A stretch of 44,398 nucleotides of DNA from an uncultured Bdellovibrionales bacterium (GCA_964357695.1 CAYHNK010000005.1:1-44398); one strand, 5' to 3'. Shown: positions 1-9,258, numbered from the stretch's first letter. Numbers and translations: made by a program. The notes: generated from the letters alone by a model not told the origin.

Positions 1-444
1 CAGCGGAGAAAGCAGCCGCCTGAACCATTCACAATCACTGTGCAGAGGTACTAGATTGTCCTCGACCATGAGAATGCGAAACGGCGCGCCGTCAGTCCGC
101 ACCGCCGGCTCGGCAAACGTGTCGAGAATTGCGCAGAGAACGCGACGACCCGTTTCGTCGAGGACTTGCAGGCCAACACCGGCCGCAGCAGCAAGCGTCG
201 AGCGGCGTTGCCAGGCAACGCGGGCGGTCAGCTCCACGGGGCGCAATAGCGCCGGGAATGACAGCCTCAGGGTCACCTCGTCGCCCACACACAGCGGCAT
301 GTCGGTTTGCACGAACAAGCCGTCGTGCGTGACGTTCTCGGTCCAGCCGCCGAGCTGCTGTTCCCCACCGGCGACCGCAACGACGAGACAGAGCTCGTGG
401 CGGGGGTGACGACGGCGCTGCCCATCTAGTGCGTGCGCGACCAT
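1..444 (-). CDS. PilZ-domain / response-regulator receiver protein (3' end outside window; absent from ORF track)
   Basis: Manual translation from ATG 444 (GGAGG RBS upstream): MVAHALDGQRRRHPRHELCLVV...GWTENVTHDGLFVQTDMPLCVGDEVTLRLSFPALLRPVELTARVAWQR...GVGL...FRILMVEDN. Has RxxxR and N-x-T-xx-G PilZ motifs, then the start of a REC domain; paralogue of 3785..4585. Confidence 0.85.
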   Translation of the reverse strand, partial: MVAHALDGQRRRHPRHELCLVVAVAGGEQQLGGWTENVTHDGLFVQTDMPLCVGDEVTLRLSFPALLRPVELTARVAWQRRSTLAAAAGVGLQVLDETGRRVLCAILDTFAEPAVRTDGAPFRILMVEDNLVPLHSDCEWFRRLLSPL

Positions 445-487
445 GCGCGCCTCCCTGGGTCGTATCGAGTATCGCGCCGTCCCTCGT

Positions 488-2206
488 CTAGAGAGGGAAT
501 CCGAACGTCGCCTCGACAAGAGCTTCGAGATCACCGCTCCCGTCCGATGGCCGCTTGGCCACCTCGAAAGCGAAGCCGACATATGCTCCCGCGCGCACAC
601 GCATACCAGCAAAAAAGACCTCGGCGAGCCCGGCGCGCAGGGGCGTGGCGATCGCCTCCTCGAATCGTTGCTGGTAGGACACAAAACCCGACAGTCGCAT
701 CCACCCGGTGCCGAGCGAAACGTCGCTGAGCTCGAGGTGCATGGCAAGGCGGCGCCGCGCAAGGATGCCGGCTCGTCGCGGTCCTTGATCGAGCGCTACG
801 GAGAAATCGATCACATCCGCAACGCGCAGGCGCCAGCGCATCGTCTGCGACATGCGCCAGCGTACGGGCTCGCGGCCAAGAGCGCGCAAGCCTTCCCACA
901 GGGGAGGCTGCGTCGAAGTCCCGCCGACGAGCAACCGATAGTCGTAGCCATACAGACCCGGTACGTAGGCCGCGTCATGCCAGTGGCCGTCGAGCTCGAC
1001 GGCCGTCTCGACGGCACCCAGACGCAGCGCGAGCATGCTCCCGGCGCTGGCGCCCAGTGCGGGTCGACCGACCATGAGACCCGCGAGCGCGCCGCGCGAC
1101 ACGACGTCCATCGAGTCACCGAGCCAAAGCGGAAGATGTGCCGTAGCGGCCATCGCCGCGCCGGTGCGCGCTTCCTGTGCGGCGCGTGGGTCGACGGCAA
1201 CCTCCAACGCTGCGCGACTGAGCCGGCCCCACTCCAGGCGCATGCCGAGGACTCGCGGCACGACGACATCGTCGGCAACGATGCTCACGCGATCACGCCC
1301 GGCTCGCCATGCCAGGCTCAACGCCGGCGCAGGTGGCACAGGCAGACCCGGCGGCGCTCGGCCGACGACTTCGGGCGTGCTCTCGCGCACCAGCTCCCCA
1401 TCGCCGAGCGTCAACCGCGCACGCCGGCTGATGCTCAGATACGCTGGACCATCTGGACGACCCGCGATGGCGGCGTCCACCAAGCGCAGGAGTGCCTGCG
1501 GTCGGTCGTAGCGCCAGAGACTCTCGTAACGCGCGCCATCCACGGCAAAGGGCGCCTCGAGACGCAGCCATACGGGCATCCGCGGCGCAACCACACTCAA
1601 GCGCGGCGCGACATACCAGAGGGAGCCCGCGGCCGCCGCGGCCCAGCCCGTGCGTAGATCGAGGGCGCTCATCTGGGGTACCGCGCTCGCTGGCATGCCC
1701 GCGACGCGCCACCGACGGCTCGGCACTCCGAGCCCCTCGGTCCGCGGGAATGTCGCAGGCTCGCCGCTCGTCGGCGCAATCTCGCCAAGGACGCGTCGGA
1801 TGGTCACCAAGCGGTCCGCGTAGTAGGCGCCGTCGAGTGCATCGATGACGATCTCGCCGCGCCCGCTCGAGGCGTGGATCATGCGCGCGCCGTCGAGCGC
1901 CAGACCCACGTGGGTGATGCGACGGCCGAATGGGGCCTCCGCGAAAAATAGCAGGTCTCCTGCCGCGAGCGCCGCCCGTTCGACGACGCGACCTACCTGC
2001 GCCTGATCGCGCGACGTGCGTGGCAACGCAATGCCATACTCCGCGTACACCGCGCGCACAAAACCCGAGCAGTCGTATCCCGAGCCATCGCTCACGCCGT
2101 ACAAGTACGAACGCCCCAGGTAGGTCTTCGCCGTCGCTGTGAGCGCCTCACTCGAGACCGAGCTCGCGAGGCCAAGGGCGACGGTGGCAGCGAAAAGTGA
2201 CGTCAC
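488..2206 (-). CDS. NlpC/P60 (C40) peptidoglycan peptidase fused to a long C-terminal, possibly beta-barrel, domain
   Basis: Signal-like N-terminus; YLG..Y.YG...GYDCSGFV, LPRTSRDQ, GDLLFF, HVGL, IHAS motifs; C-terminal ~400 aa with amphipathic strands ending ATFGFPL. Confidence 0.85.
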   Translation of the reverse strand: MTSLFAATVALGLASSVSSEALTATAKTYLGRSYLYGVSDGSGYDCSGFVRAVYAEYGIALPRTSRDQAQVGRVVERAALAAGDLLFFAEAPFGRRITHVGLALDGARMIHASSGRGEIVIDALDGAYYADRLVTIRRVLGEIAPTSGEPATFPRTEGLGVPSRRWRVAGMPASAVPQMSALDLRTGWAAAAAGSLWYVAPRLSVVAPRMPVWLRLEAPFAVDGARYESLWRYDRPQALLRLVDAAIAGRPDGPAYLSISRRARLTLGDGELVRESTPEVVGRAPPGLPVPPAPALSLAWRAGRDRVSIVADDVVVPRVLGMRLEWGRLSRAALEVAVDPRAAQEARTGAAMAATAHLPLWLGDSMDVVSRGALAGLMVGRPALGASAGSMLALRLGAVETAVELDGHWHDAAYVPGLYGYDYRLLVGGTSTQPPLWEGLRALGREPVRWRMSQTMRWRLRVADVIDFSVALDQGPRRAGILARRRLAMHLELSDVSLGTGWMRLSGFVSYQQRFEEAIATPLRAGLAEVFFAGMRVRAGAYVGFAFEVAKRPSDGSGDLEALVEATFGFPL

Positions 2207-2259
2207 AGTGAAGTGGTAGCGCAGCTTTCGTGTGTCCCCAACAATTTCGCGCTACGCGC

Positions 2260-3666
2260 TCACGTCAGCCCGTACTCCTTGATCTTGTATAGCAGCGCGC
2301 GGTGCGAAATTTCCAACAGCTCCGCTGCGCGCGTGCGGTTGCCCGAGGTCTTCTCGAGCGCCCGGCGGATGAGCTCGCGCTCGATGGTGCGCACGGCCTT
2401 TTTGACCGACAAGTTGTCACCCAAGAACGAGAGCGGCAGCTCGGCTCGGTCGTCCCGGAGACGTTCGGGGAGATCGTGCACGTCGATGTGGTTGGCATCC
2501 GCGAGCACCATGGCACGCTCAATCGTATTCTCCAGCTCGCGAATGTTGCCCGGCCAGGCGTAGTCCATGAGCGCGCGTAGCGCGTCTCGCGAAACCGTCA
2601 TGTCGTCGCGCCGCAAACGAGCCGCGTACTTCGTCACGAAGTGGTCGACGAGCAACGGGATGTCATCCTTGCGCTCGCGCAGGGGTGGAATGCGCAGTTG
2701 CAGCACGTTGAGTCGATAGTAGAGGTCTTCACGGAAGGTGCCGGCCTTGACCATCTGCGTCAGATCGCGGGCGGTCGCCGCCACAACGCGTACGTCGACC
2801 GCGATGGCGTGCGTATCCCCGACCCGACGGATCTCGTCCTCTTGCAGAAACCTGAGCAGCTTGACCTGTAGGGTCAGCGGCAGCTCACCGATCTCGTCGA
2901 GAAAGAGCGTCCCCGTGCTCGCCTCCTCGATGAGCCCGGTCTTCGTGCGCGAGGCGTCGGTGAAGGCTCCCTTGACGTGGCCAAACAGCTCGCTTTCGAG
3001 CAATGCCTCGGGGATCGCGCCGCAGTTGATGGGCACAAATGGCGCGTCACGGCGCACCGATTGATCGTGCAACGCCCGCGCGACGAGCTCCTTGCCGGTG
3101 CCAGACTCACCGACGAGCAGGACCGTGGACTTGTAGTCGGCGACCTTGCGGATCACTTTGAATATTTCAGCGACCCGCTGACTCTTGCCGACAATGCCAG
3201 AGGGCGGCTCGTCGGGGCTCTCGCCGCGCAAGCGGGCGTTTTCTGCCTGCAGGCGCGCTTTTTCCTCTTCGAGGCGGGCGCGCTCTTCTGCCATGCGGAT
3301 CTTGAGCAGCACCTCGTCGGCCTTAAATGGCTTCGACACGTAGTCCGCCGCCCCCATCTTGAGGGCCTCGACGGCGGTCTCGAGATCGACGAACGCGCTC
3401 ATCATGATCACGGTCGTCGGCACCTTGGCGGCGTGGATCTTCTTGAGCAGCCCGAGGCCATCGAGCTCCGGCATGCGCACGTCGGCGAGCACGACGTCGA
3501 TGTCGCCCCCGCAGATGCGCTCGAACGCCTCGACGCCGTTGGACGCCTCGCTGACGATGTAGCCGTGGCGCGCCAGCACGAGCCCGAGCATGTGGCGCAT
3601 GCCCTCCTCATCGTCGACGACGAGCAGGCGACGTCCCTTGACGCTTGCAGGAGTGAGCTCGGCCAT
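2260..3666 (-). CDS. Sigma-54-dependent response regulator (NtrC/AtoC family; REC-AAA+-Fis HTH)
   Basis: [50 protein letters not shown]-terminal HTH. Start placed at MAELTP (3666); the track start is 3705. Confidence 0.95.
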   Translation of the reverse strand: MAELTPASVKGRRLLVVDDEEGMRHMLGLVLARHGYIVSEASNGVEAFERICGGDIDVVLADVRMPELDGLGLLKKIHAAKVPTTVIMMSAFVDLETAVEALKMGAADYVSKPFKADEVLLKIRMAEERARLEEEKARLQAENARLRGESPDEPPSGIVGKSQRVAEIFKVIRKVADYKSTVLLVGESGTGKELVARALHDQSVRRDAPFVPINCGAIPEALLESELFGHVKGAFTDASRTKTGLIEEASTGTLFLDEIGELPLTLQVKLLRFLQEDEIRRVGDTHAIAVDVRVVAATARDLTQMVKAGTFREDLYYRLNVLQLRIPPLRERKDDIPLLVDHFVTKYAARLRRDDMTVSRDALRALMDYAWPGNIRELENTIERAMVLADANHIDVHDLPERLRDDRAELPLSFLGDNLSVKKAVRTIERELIRRALEKTSGNRTRAAELLEISHRALLYKIKEYGLT

Positions 3667-3784
3667 CGGGTCCGTCTTGTAGCGCGAAATCCGACACGAC
3701 ACCAACGGCCGCAGCGCGCGGGGTTCTCGGACATGCGATCCTTCAGGTTAACCGCTCGCCTCGCATGGGCCGTTGTACGCAGTG

Positions 3785-4585
3785 ATGGTGGTTGTGCCCG
3801 ACCTCGCAGCTGGCGCCAGTGCGCGCGCGCACGTGCGCCATCCCTTCGCGCTGCGCGTCGCCTACACGGACCGCAAGAGCTATCTCGGCGACTGGACGGA
3901 GAATCTTTCTAGCGGCGGGCTGTTTGTGCGCACGGAGCTGCCGTTGCGGGTGGGCAGTACGACTTCTCTCGAGCTGTCCTTTCCCGGTTTGCTCGCCGCG
4001 GTGGTGATCGAGGGCATCGTGGCTTGGAGGCGACCCGCGTCGCCGGGTGTGCCCGCTGGCGTTGGCGTGCGGGTTGAAGAAGCGACGAGTCGCCAGACGC
4101 TTGCCGACCTCGCGCTGTGGGCGACGGATGCCGCGCCGCGGATTCGGGGTCAGACCGTCGAGATCTTGGTCACCGATGACAACCCGCTTGCCGTACGCTT
4201 TTATGAGCGTGCGCTCGCGCGCCTTGGGGCACTCGGAGGAGACCAGCTGCACGTCGCCGTCACGCTCGACGGCCATCAGGCGCTGTGCCATCTCGAGACG
4301 CATCGCGTCGACCTGCTCATCACCGACCTGTACATGCCGGTGCTCGATGGCCTGACGCTCATCAAGCGCATCCGCGACAACCCTGCGCTCGCACCCTTGC
4401 CGATTCTGGTAATCACCTCGGGCGGTGCGGACGAGCGCGAGCTGTGTGCCTTTGCCGGCGTCAACGCCTATCTCGAAAAGCCCGTCCAGATCGGACAGAT
4501 CTTGTCGACCATCTTGTGCCTGCAACGCGCGCGAGCCGCAGCATCGGGTGCCGCCCCCAACGAAGAAGCCCGCTCCGACCCCTGA
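3785..4585 (+). CDS. PilZ-domain / response-regulator receiver protein
   Basis: RAHVR and NLSSGGLFV PilZ motifs; ILVTDDN, DLYMPVLDG, YLEKPV receiver motifs. Start uncertain (3773-3788). Confidence 0.88.
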   Translation: MVVVPDLAAGASARAHVRHPFALRVAYTDRKSYLGDWTENLSSGGLFVRTELPLRVGSTTSLELSFPGLLAAVVIEGIVAWRRPASPGVPAGVGVRVEEATSRQTLADLALWATDAAPRIRGQTVEILVTDDNPLAVRFYERALARLGALGGDQLHVAVTLDGHQALCHLETHRVDLLITDLYMPVLDGLTLIKRIRDNPALAPLPILVITSGGADERELCAFAGVNAYLEKPVQIGQILSTILCLQRARAAASGAAPNEEARSDP

Positions 4586-4603
4586 TGGGCGACGGAGCGG
4601 GCT
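4567..4603. terminator. GC-rich hairpin spanning the stop of the PilZ-REC gene
   Basis: agcccgctccg (4567-4577) / cggagcgggct (4593-4603) form a perfect 11-bp stem between convergent genes; no U-tract. Confidence 0.45.
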
Positions 4604-4613
4604 CGTGCGTCAA

Positions 4614-4713
4614 TGACGTACACCCCACGCCCGAGCGCTGAGGCATCTTCGGACTCGCCACCAACCATCTACCTCATCGCCGGACAGCACGCCCGAACGC
4701 GGGGTGTACGTCA
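4614..4713 (-). repeat. 100-nt element with 24-bp inverted ends (REP/MITE-like or 3'-UTR stem-loop)
   Basis: tgacgtacaccccacgcccgagcg / cgcccgaacgcggggtgtacgtca: 20/24 complementary, and all four mismatches are G-U pairs on the minus strand. Confidence 0.6.
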
Positions 4714-4736
4714 AACTGGTCGGTCCTTGGTGCTCA

Positions 4737-5141
4737 TCAATGCGTCGTCGCGTCATTCCCCTTGTCGTGCGACGCGCGCTTGTCCTCCTTCGTGCCACGC
4801 TTGGCACGCTTGCCCTTTTTGCCCAGCAGGTAGGCTTCGCTCGGCTGCCAACCGAACGAGGCGGCCTTCCACAGGCTCTCAGTGACCCCGCCGAACAGCC
4901 GCCGACCGGTTGCGGTGGCCACCATGGCGATGCCGATAAAGGGCAGGAAGATAGCGTACGTTAGGCCCAGCACCGGCGCCATGAGCAGCACACCCGCTGG
5001 CGGGATGCGGTAATAGGCGTCGCCACTGCCACCCGGCAGCGTGCCGCCTTGCGTCAGCTCGACGCGTTCCCCCGATTCCAGGTTCCAGTAGCTGCCCGCT
5101 TCGACCTTTTGGCCCCCTACTCCTTTTGCGAGTCCAAACAT
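4737..5141 (-). CDS. Small membrane protein of unknown function
   Basis: 134 aa; AGGAAGAGGAG RBS; GG.KV..G.YWN N-terminal motif, hydrophobic segment LLMAPVLGLTYAIFLPFIGIAMV, basic tail. Confidence 0.8.
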   Translation of the reverse strand: MFGLAKGVGGQKVEAGSYWNLESGERVELTQGGTLPGGSGDAYYRIPPAGVLLMAPVLGLTYAIFLPFIGIAMVATATGRRLFGGVTESLWKAASFGWQPSEAYLLGKKGKRAKRGTKEDKRASHDKGNDATTH

Positions 5142-5197
5142 GGCGAGTCTCCTCTTCCTTGTCTATGGCCCAACCAGAACATCATAGTCATTCATGA

Positions 5198-5214
5198 TGC
5201 ACAAGCAGGGCCGT
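5198..5214 (-). promoter_or_regulatory. Putative sigma-54 (-24/-12) promoter for 4737..5141
   Basis: Minus strand ACGGCCCTGCTTGTGCA = GG-N10-GC; an AT-rich tract (5221-5281) lies immediately upstream, as expected for an IHF/bending region. Confidence 0.55.
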
Positions 5215-5337
5215 GTCCGGCTTACAATAGTAAAATACCAGTGTATTATCGTTTTATCAATAGCTATTTATAATTTAATTGTCGACACACCTCCGCGCGC
5301 GATCCTGTGCCACAGCGGCTCGATGCGACTCAACGGG

Positions 5338-6246
5338 TCAGGGCTTTTCAGCGGCGTGCTGCTTGGCCAGCACCTCGCGCACGCAGGCAATCATGGCGTC
5401 ACGCGCCGGCAGCGGCGCCGGATTGTTCCAGCTGGCCCACAGCCCACGATGCAGCTCCTCGCTGGCGAAATCGAGCGCGTGCAGCTGCGCCCCGTTGGCG
5501 TCGGCGCGCAGCGCGACACTCGGCAAGAAGGCCATCGCCAAGTTGACCGCGACCATGCGGATTTGCGCCGCAATACAGGGCGTTTGCACGAGCGTGGTCA
5601 TCTTGACCTTGTGACGCGAGAGAATGCGGTCGATGAGCTTGGTCGTGGGGGCCTCCTCTTCGAAACCGACCAGCCGCTCGCCATCGAGGTCGCGCGGGCG
5701 CACATAGCGGCGGCCCCACAACCTGTGCCCGGGGCCACAGACGATGCGCAACGGGTCATCAGCCAAGAGCTGATTGTGTGCTGCCGGAGGGTTGTCCGAG
5801 CGCGCCGTGAACGCGAGGTCGAGCTCGCCGGCGGCGAGCATGTCGAGCACGTTCTCGGAATTCTCGATGCGCAAGAGGGGCCGCACGCGCTCGTAGCGCT
5901 CGGCTAGCAGCACCATCGCCTCGGGCATGGCGTAGATACCAACGCTGTGCACCGCACCCACGCGGATATCGCCGACGGGCTCGTGCACGTCCGCGCGCAG
6001 CGCGTGCTCCATTTCTTCGATGCGCGCGAGCAGATCCTGGCTAAAGCCGAGTAGACGCCGTCCAGTCTCGGTGGGTCGCACGCCACTGCGCTGCCGGTGC
6101 AACAACGGCGCGCCGACTTCCTCCTCGAGACGCGCCACCTGTACGCTGAGCGTCGGCTGCGAAAGACCGAGGCGACGTGCCGCGCGGCTGAAAGAGCCCG
6201 CCTCGGCGACGGCCTGAAAGTAGCGTAGGCGGTTGAGATCGAGCAT
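5338..6246 (-). CDS. LysR-family transcriptional regulator
   Basis: MLDLNRLRYFQAVAEAGSFSRAARRLGLSQPTLSVQVARLEEEVGAPLLHR HTH signature; 302 aa; GGGAGG RBS. Confidence 0.96.
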   Translation of the reverse strand: MLDLNRLRYFQAVAEAGSFSRAARRLGLSQPTLSVQVARLEEEVGAPLLHRQRSGVRPTETGRRLLGFSQDLLARIEEMEHALRADVHEPVGDIRVGAVHSVGIYAMPEAMVLLAERYERVRPLLRIENSENVLDMLAAGELDLAFTARSDNPPAAHNQLLADDPLRIVCGPGHRLWGRRYVRPRDLDGERLVGFEEEAPTTKLIDRILSRHKVKMTTLVQTPCIAAQIRMVAVNLAMAFLPSVALRADANGAQLHALDFASEELHRGLWASWNNPAPLPARDAMIACVREVLAKQHAAEKP

Positions 6247-6314
6247 GCAGTTCCTCCCCCCGTTCTCACGGGCTAGCGTCGCATATTATGCGGATTGTAC
6301 GTGAAAAGTGAATG

Positions 6315-6332
6315 AATATTGTCGATGCCTAT
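6315..6332. promoter_or_regulatory. Candidate LysR-type (T-N11-A) site upstream of lysR
   Basis: ATTGTCGATGCCTAT imperfect dyad ~70 bp upstream of the LysR start; the overlapping 12-mer AATATTGTCGAT recurs inverted at 7658-7669. Confidence 0.4.
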
Positions 6333-6485
6333 GAATTCTGCATCTGCTCCGGGGCGGCGAACGCCGTGATCTCGTGCACCCACACGGGCGCCCGTCCCCA
6401 CGAGAACCAGGGAGCGAGCTGGCGCCGCAACACGACGCAGGCAAGCTGTGATGGGTGGTCGATAGCTATCGATGCCGACGGAGGG

Positions 6486-7235
6486 TTAGAAAAAGCTCAG
6501 GCGGATGCGCTCCCAGGTGGCGTCGTCCATCTGGCGGTGCAGATCAGCGACGAGCGCGCCACCATCCTGCATGACCGGCGACGGGATGAGCTGCGGCGCC
6601 AGCGTCAGCTTGAGACGATCGACCTCACCACGAAACCATGCACGCGCCCGCGCCCCACGACGCAAGAGCTTGCGGTTCTCGCGCAGATTGGTCGGTGTCA
6701 CGGCCACGGCCCAACCAGCCCCGTACGGTGCCTCGTTGATGAGCGTCGGCTGCGCCAGCAGGAGGCCGTTGACGCGCGCCACGACACCATCGACCGGCGC
6801 CTTGACCTCGAGACGCCGCCCACCGTGACGCATGAGCCACAGCACTTCCCCCTGCCGTACGCGCGTGCCAATCGCCGGCAGGCTGACGTCGTCAACCGGG
6901 CCGAGAGCGCGCTGCGCCAGATCATCGACGCCGACTACCATCTCGGAGCCCTCGACCGGCCGTGTCCAAGCGTGCGCCGGATGGACGAGCTCCTCGTACG
7001 GCAGCGTCAGCCCGGCATAGCTGATGGTGGCGTCTGCCTCGCGCACGATGTAGCGCCGCAGGCGAGGGCTGGCGGCGAACGCCACGACCACCACCGCAAA
7101 CGCCGCAAGGAGCAGCATGCGAAAGACAAAGGCCAAGGTGGCCACCATCGGTAGCGTGACGATGATGAGCGCCAGCAGGCCGACAAAGATGAGGCCGTGA
7201 GCCAGATAACGAGACCATGGGGACGTGCGTGTCAT
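6486..7235 (-). CDS. Membrane-anchored glycine-cleavage-H-like protein lacking the lipoyl Lys
   Basis: ATG 7235 with GGAGG RBS; two N-terminal hydrophobic helices; HPAHAW, VGVDD, APVDGVVARVN, PYGAGW GcvH-fold motifs; RHGGRRL replaces ESVK. Confidence 0.88.
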   Translation of the reverse strand: MTRTSPWSRYLAHGLIFVGLLALIIVTLPMVATLAFVFRMLLLAAFAVVVVAFAASPRLRRYIVREADATISYAGLTLPYEELVHPAHAWTRPVEGSEMVVGVDDLAQRALGPVDDVSLPAIGTRVRQGEVLWLMRHGGRRLEVKAPVDGVVARVNGLLLAQPTLINEAPYGAGWAVAVTPTNLRENRKLLRRGARARAWFRGEVDRLKLTLAPQLIPSPVMQDGGALVADLHRQMDDATWERIRLSFF

Positions 7236-7288
7236 AGTAGCCTCCGTGTGCCCGCGCCCTGCGGGCTCAGCTTCCGCACATTCAAGCG

Positions 7289-7305
7289 TGCAAATCGCGC
7301 ACCAA
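7289..7305 (-). promoter_or_regulatory. Putative sigma-54 promoter for 6486..7235
   Basis: Minus strand TTGGTGCGCGATTTGCA (TGG-N10-GC with TTGCA), ~55 bp before the start. Confidence 0.7.
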
Positions 7306-7346
7306 ACGACACCGGGAAGGCAGCTGCGCCGGCCATGTACGCGATT

Positions 7347-7590
7347 CATCGACGGATCTCGACACGCGGGGCGCCGCATCGACGGATTTCTACACGCTGA
7401 CGCTCGCTGATTTGTGCCGCAAATCTCCACACTGCCGTTGATTTTCTCGACAGCCGATGCACACCTGCCCGTGGGCCGCGCAACCAGCGGCAACGGCCGC
7501 GTGGGACCGCCTCGCGCCCAACTCCACGCTCACGCGACTGTTGCAACAGCGTCTGTCGGCGCTCGGGCGATGTTGCATTTCTCGACAGCC
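7347..7590. promoter_or_regulatory. Cluster of repeated candidate enhancer (UAS) sites between divergent sigma-54 promoters
   Basis: catcgacggatctcgacacgc (7347-7367) / catcgacggatttctacacgc (7377-7397) are 30 bp apart; gttgattttctcgacagcc (7437-7455) / gttgcatttctcgacagcc (7572-7590) match 17/19. Confidence 0.55.
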
Positions 7591-7703
7591 ACTAGGTTGT
7601 ACCGCACGTGCTCGCGCCGCGTGGTCTCTGGGTACTCTTGCTAACTAGCTGTTTTCAATCGACAATATTTCTACTGTTGAGCATCGCCACAGCGGCGGCA
7701 AAG

Positions 7704-7719
7704 TTGGCATCAGACGTGC
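7704..7719 (+). promoter_or_regulatory. Putative sigma-54 promoter of the GcvH-like/ferredoxin/NrfD operon
   Basis: TTGGCATCAGACGTGC = GG-N10-GC; IHF-like ctaactagctgttttc at ~7641-7656 upstream. Confidence 0.7.
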
Positions 7720-7782
7720 GATAGCACGAAGGAGAATGGCAACCGGACCGACGCGGTCCCATAGACAGTGAGGTGGAAGGGC

Positions 7783-8496
7783 GTGGTCGTTTTATCAATC
7801 CTGTTGGGCATCGTGCTCTTTCTGACCGTTGACTTGATCGTGCAGCGATGGGTGTTGGCGCAGGCGCGACGCACCGCGGCCAGACGCGCGCCATCACCGG
7901 TCGTCGGGCCCAGTGCGGGACCCATCACCGACCGTCTCACCGAGGTGCCGAGTGCGGTCAGCCTCGCGCCTGGCCACGCGTGGCTACAGGCGGAGGCGGA
8001 TGGTCATTGGCGCATCGGTGCCGATGCTCTGCTCGCGACGCTGCTCGGCGCGCCTGACTTCGTCGAGCTCGCACCGCCGGGAACCTGGGTCGAGCCGCAG
8101 GACGCCCTGGCGACGCTGCGGCACGGCACGCGCGTGCTCACCGTGTATTCACCGGTGCGCGGCCGGGTCATCGACAGCAATCTACAGGTGGGCGATGATC
8201 CGCCGCGCCTCTTGCGCGACCCGTACGGCGAGGGCTGGCTCTCGCGACTCGCGGTGGCCACCCCGAACGGCGTCGCCGAGCTGCATACCGGTATGGCCGG
8301 GCGCACGTGGATGGCCGCCGAGGTGCGACGCCTGCGTGACAAGCTCGCTGAGCTCGCCGGGCGCGGCCCGGTCGGCGCGGTGGCCTTCGATGGTGGTCCA
8401 CCCGCTCCCGATTTTGCGAGTCGCCTCGACGACGACACCTGGCATGAGCTCGTCGCCAGCTTTGTCGGCCCGTCGCAAACAGGAGGTCGGCCATGA
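7783..8496 (+). CDS. Membrane-anchored glycine-cleavage-H-like protein lacking the lipoyl Lys
   Basis: N-terminal TM (VVLSILLGIVLFLTVD); GHAWL, IGAD, VYSPVRGRVIDSN, DPYGEGWL; RHGTRVL in place of ESVK; stop overlaps the next ATG. Start GTG 7783 (alternative 7768). Confidence 0.88.
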   Translation: MVVLSILLGIVLFLTVDLIVQRWVLAQARRTAARRAPSPVVGPSAGPITDRLTEVPSAVSLAPGHAWLQAEADGHWRIGADALLATLLGAPDFVELAPPGTWVEPQDALATLRHGTRVLTVYSPVRGRVIDSNLQVGDDPPRLLRDPYGEGWLSRLAVATPNGVAELHTGMAGRTWMAAEVRRLRDKLAELAGRGPVGAVAFDGGPPAPDFASRLDDDTWHELVASFVGPSQTGGRP

Positions 8497-9254
8497 GTGT
8501 GGGCATTCTCACCGATCTCACCATGTGCCAGGGTTGCGAGGCGTGCGTGGATGCGTGCAAAGAGGCCAACGGCTTGCCGCACGATGACGCGAAGCGCCTC
8601 TCGGCAACGACGTGGACAACCATCGATCGCCGCGCGGGCCTCAATGTCCGTCGGCAGTGCATGCACTGCGTCGAGCCGGCTTGCGCCTCGGTGTGCCCCG
8701 TGGGCGCCCTCTACAAGACCGAGCTGGGGCCGGTTGCGTATGACGAGAGCCGCTGCATCGGCTGTCGCTATTGCATGCTCGCCTGTCCGTTCGGCGTGCC
8801 GACCTACGACTGGTCGAGCAATCAGCCACGGGTCAAAAAATGCATCATGTGCTACGAGCAGGCCGTCTCCCGCGGCATGGCGCCGGCGTGCACCAGCGCC
8901 TGTCCCGCGGGCGCGACGATCTTCGGCGAGCGCGACAAGCTCATTCTCGAGGCGCGTCGACGTCTCGAAACCGAGCCCAGCCGCTACGTGCCGCACATCT
9001 ACGGACTCGAAGAGGTGGGTGGCACCTCGGTGCTCTACCTCTCCTCGGTACCGTTTGAGCAGCTGGGGTTCAACACGACACTGCGCCACGACCCCTACCC
9101 GATGTTGACGTGGAAGGTGCTCTCAAAGCTTCCCAACGTCGTGTCCGTCGCCGGTGCCGGCCTCCTGGGCATCTGGTGGATCACCAAGCGTCGTGACGAC
9201 GTAGCTCGCGCCGAGGGCGCAACCGCCGAAACAGCCAAGAAGGAGCACGAGTAG
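8493..9254 (+). CDS. 4x[4Fe-4S] ferredoxin subunit (HybA/FdnH/NrfC-like) with C-terminal TM helix
   Basis: CQGCEACVDAC, CMHCVEPACASVCP, CIGCRYCMLACP, KCIMC...PACTSACP, YGLEEVGGT; C-terminal hydrophobic helix followed by KRR. Confidence 0.95.
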   Translation: MSVGILTDLTMCQGCEACVDACKEANGLPHDDAKRLSATTWTTIDRRAGLNVRRQCMHCVEPACASVCPVGALYKTELGPVAYDESRCIGCRYCMLACPFGVPTYDWSSNQPRVKKCIMCYEQAVSRGMAPACTSACPAGATIFGERDKLILEARRRLETEPSRYVPHIYGLEEVGGTSVLYLSSVPFEQLGFNTTLRHDPYPMLTWKVLSKLPNVVSVAGAGLLGIWWITKRRDDVARAEGATAETAKKEHE

Positions 9255-9258
9255 CGCC

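Noticed and set aside
443-1657. 404-aa plus-strand ORF and similar long shadow ORFs (8004..9089, 18509..19588, 38284..39588, 39611..40774)
   Set aside because: They are antisense to well-supported genes, have no motifs, and are expected in high-GC DNA.
2260-3666. GAFTDA instead of GAFTGA as a sign of an inactive activator
   Set aside because: This is a common natural variant, and all other AAA+ motifs are intact.
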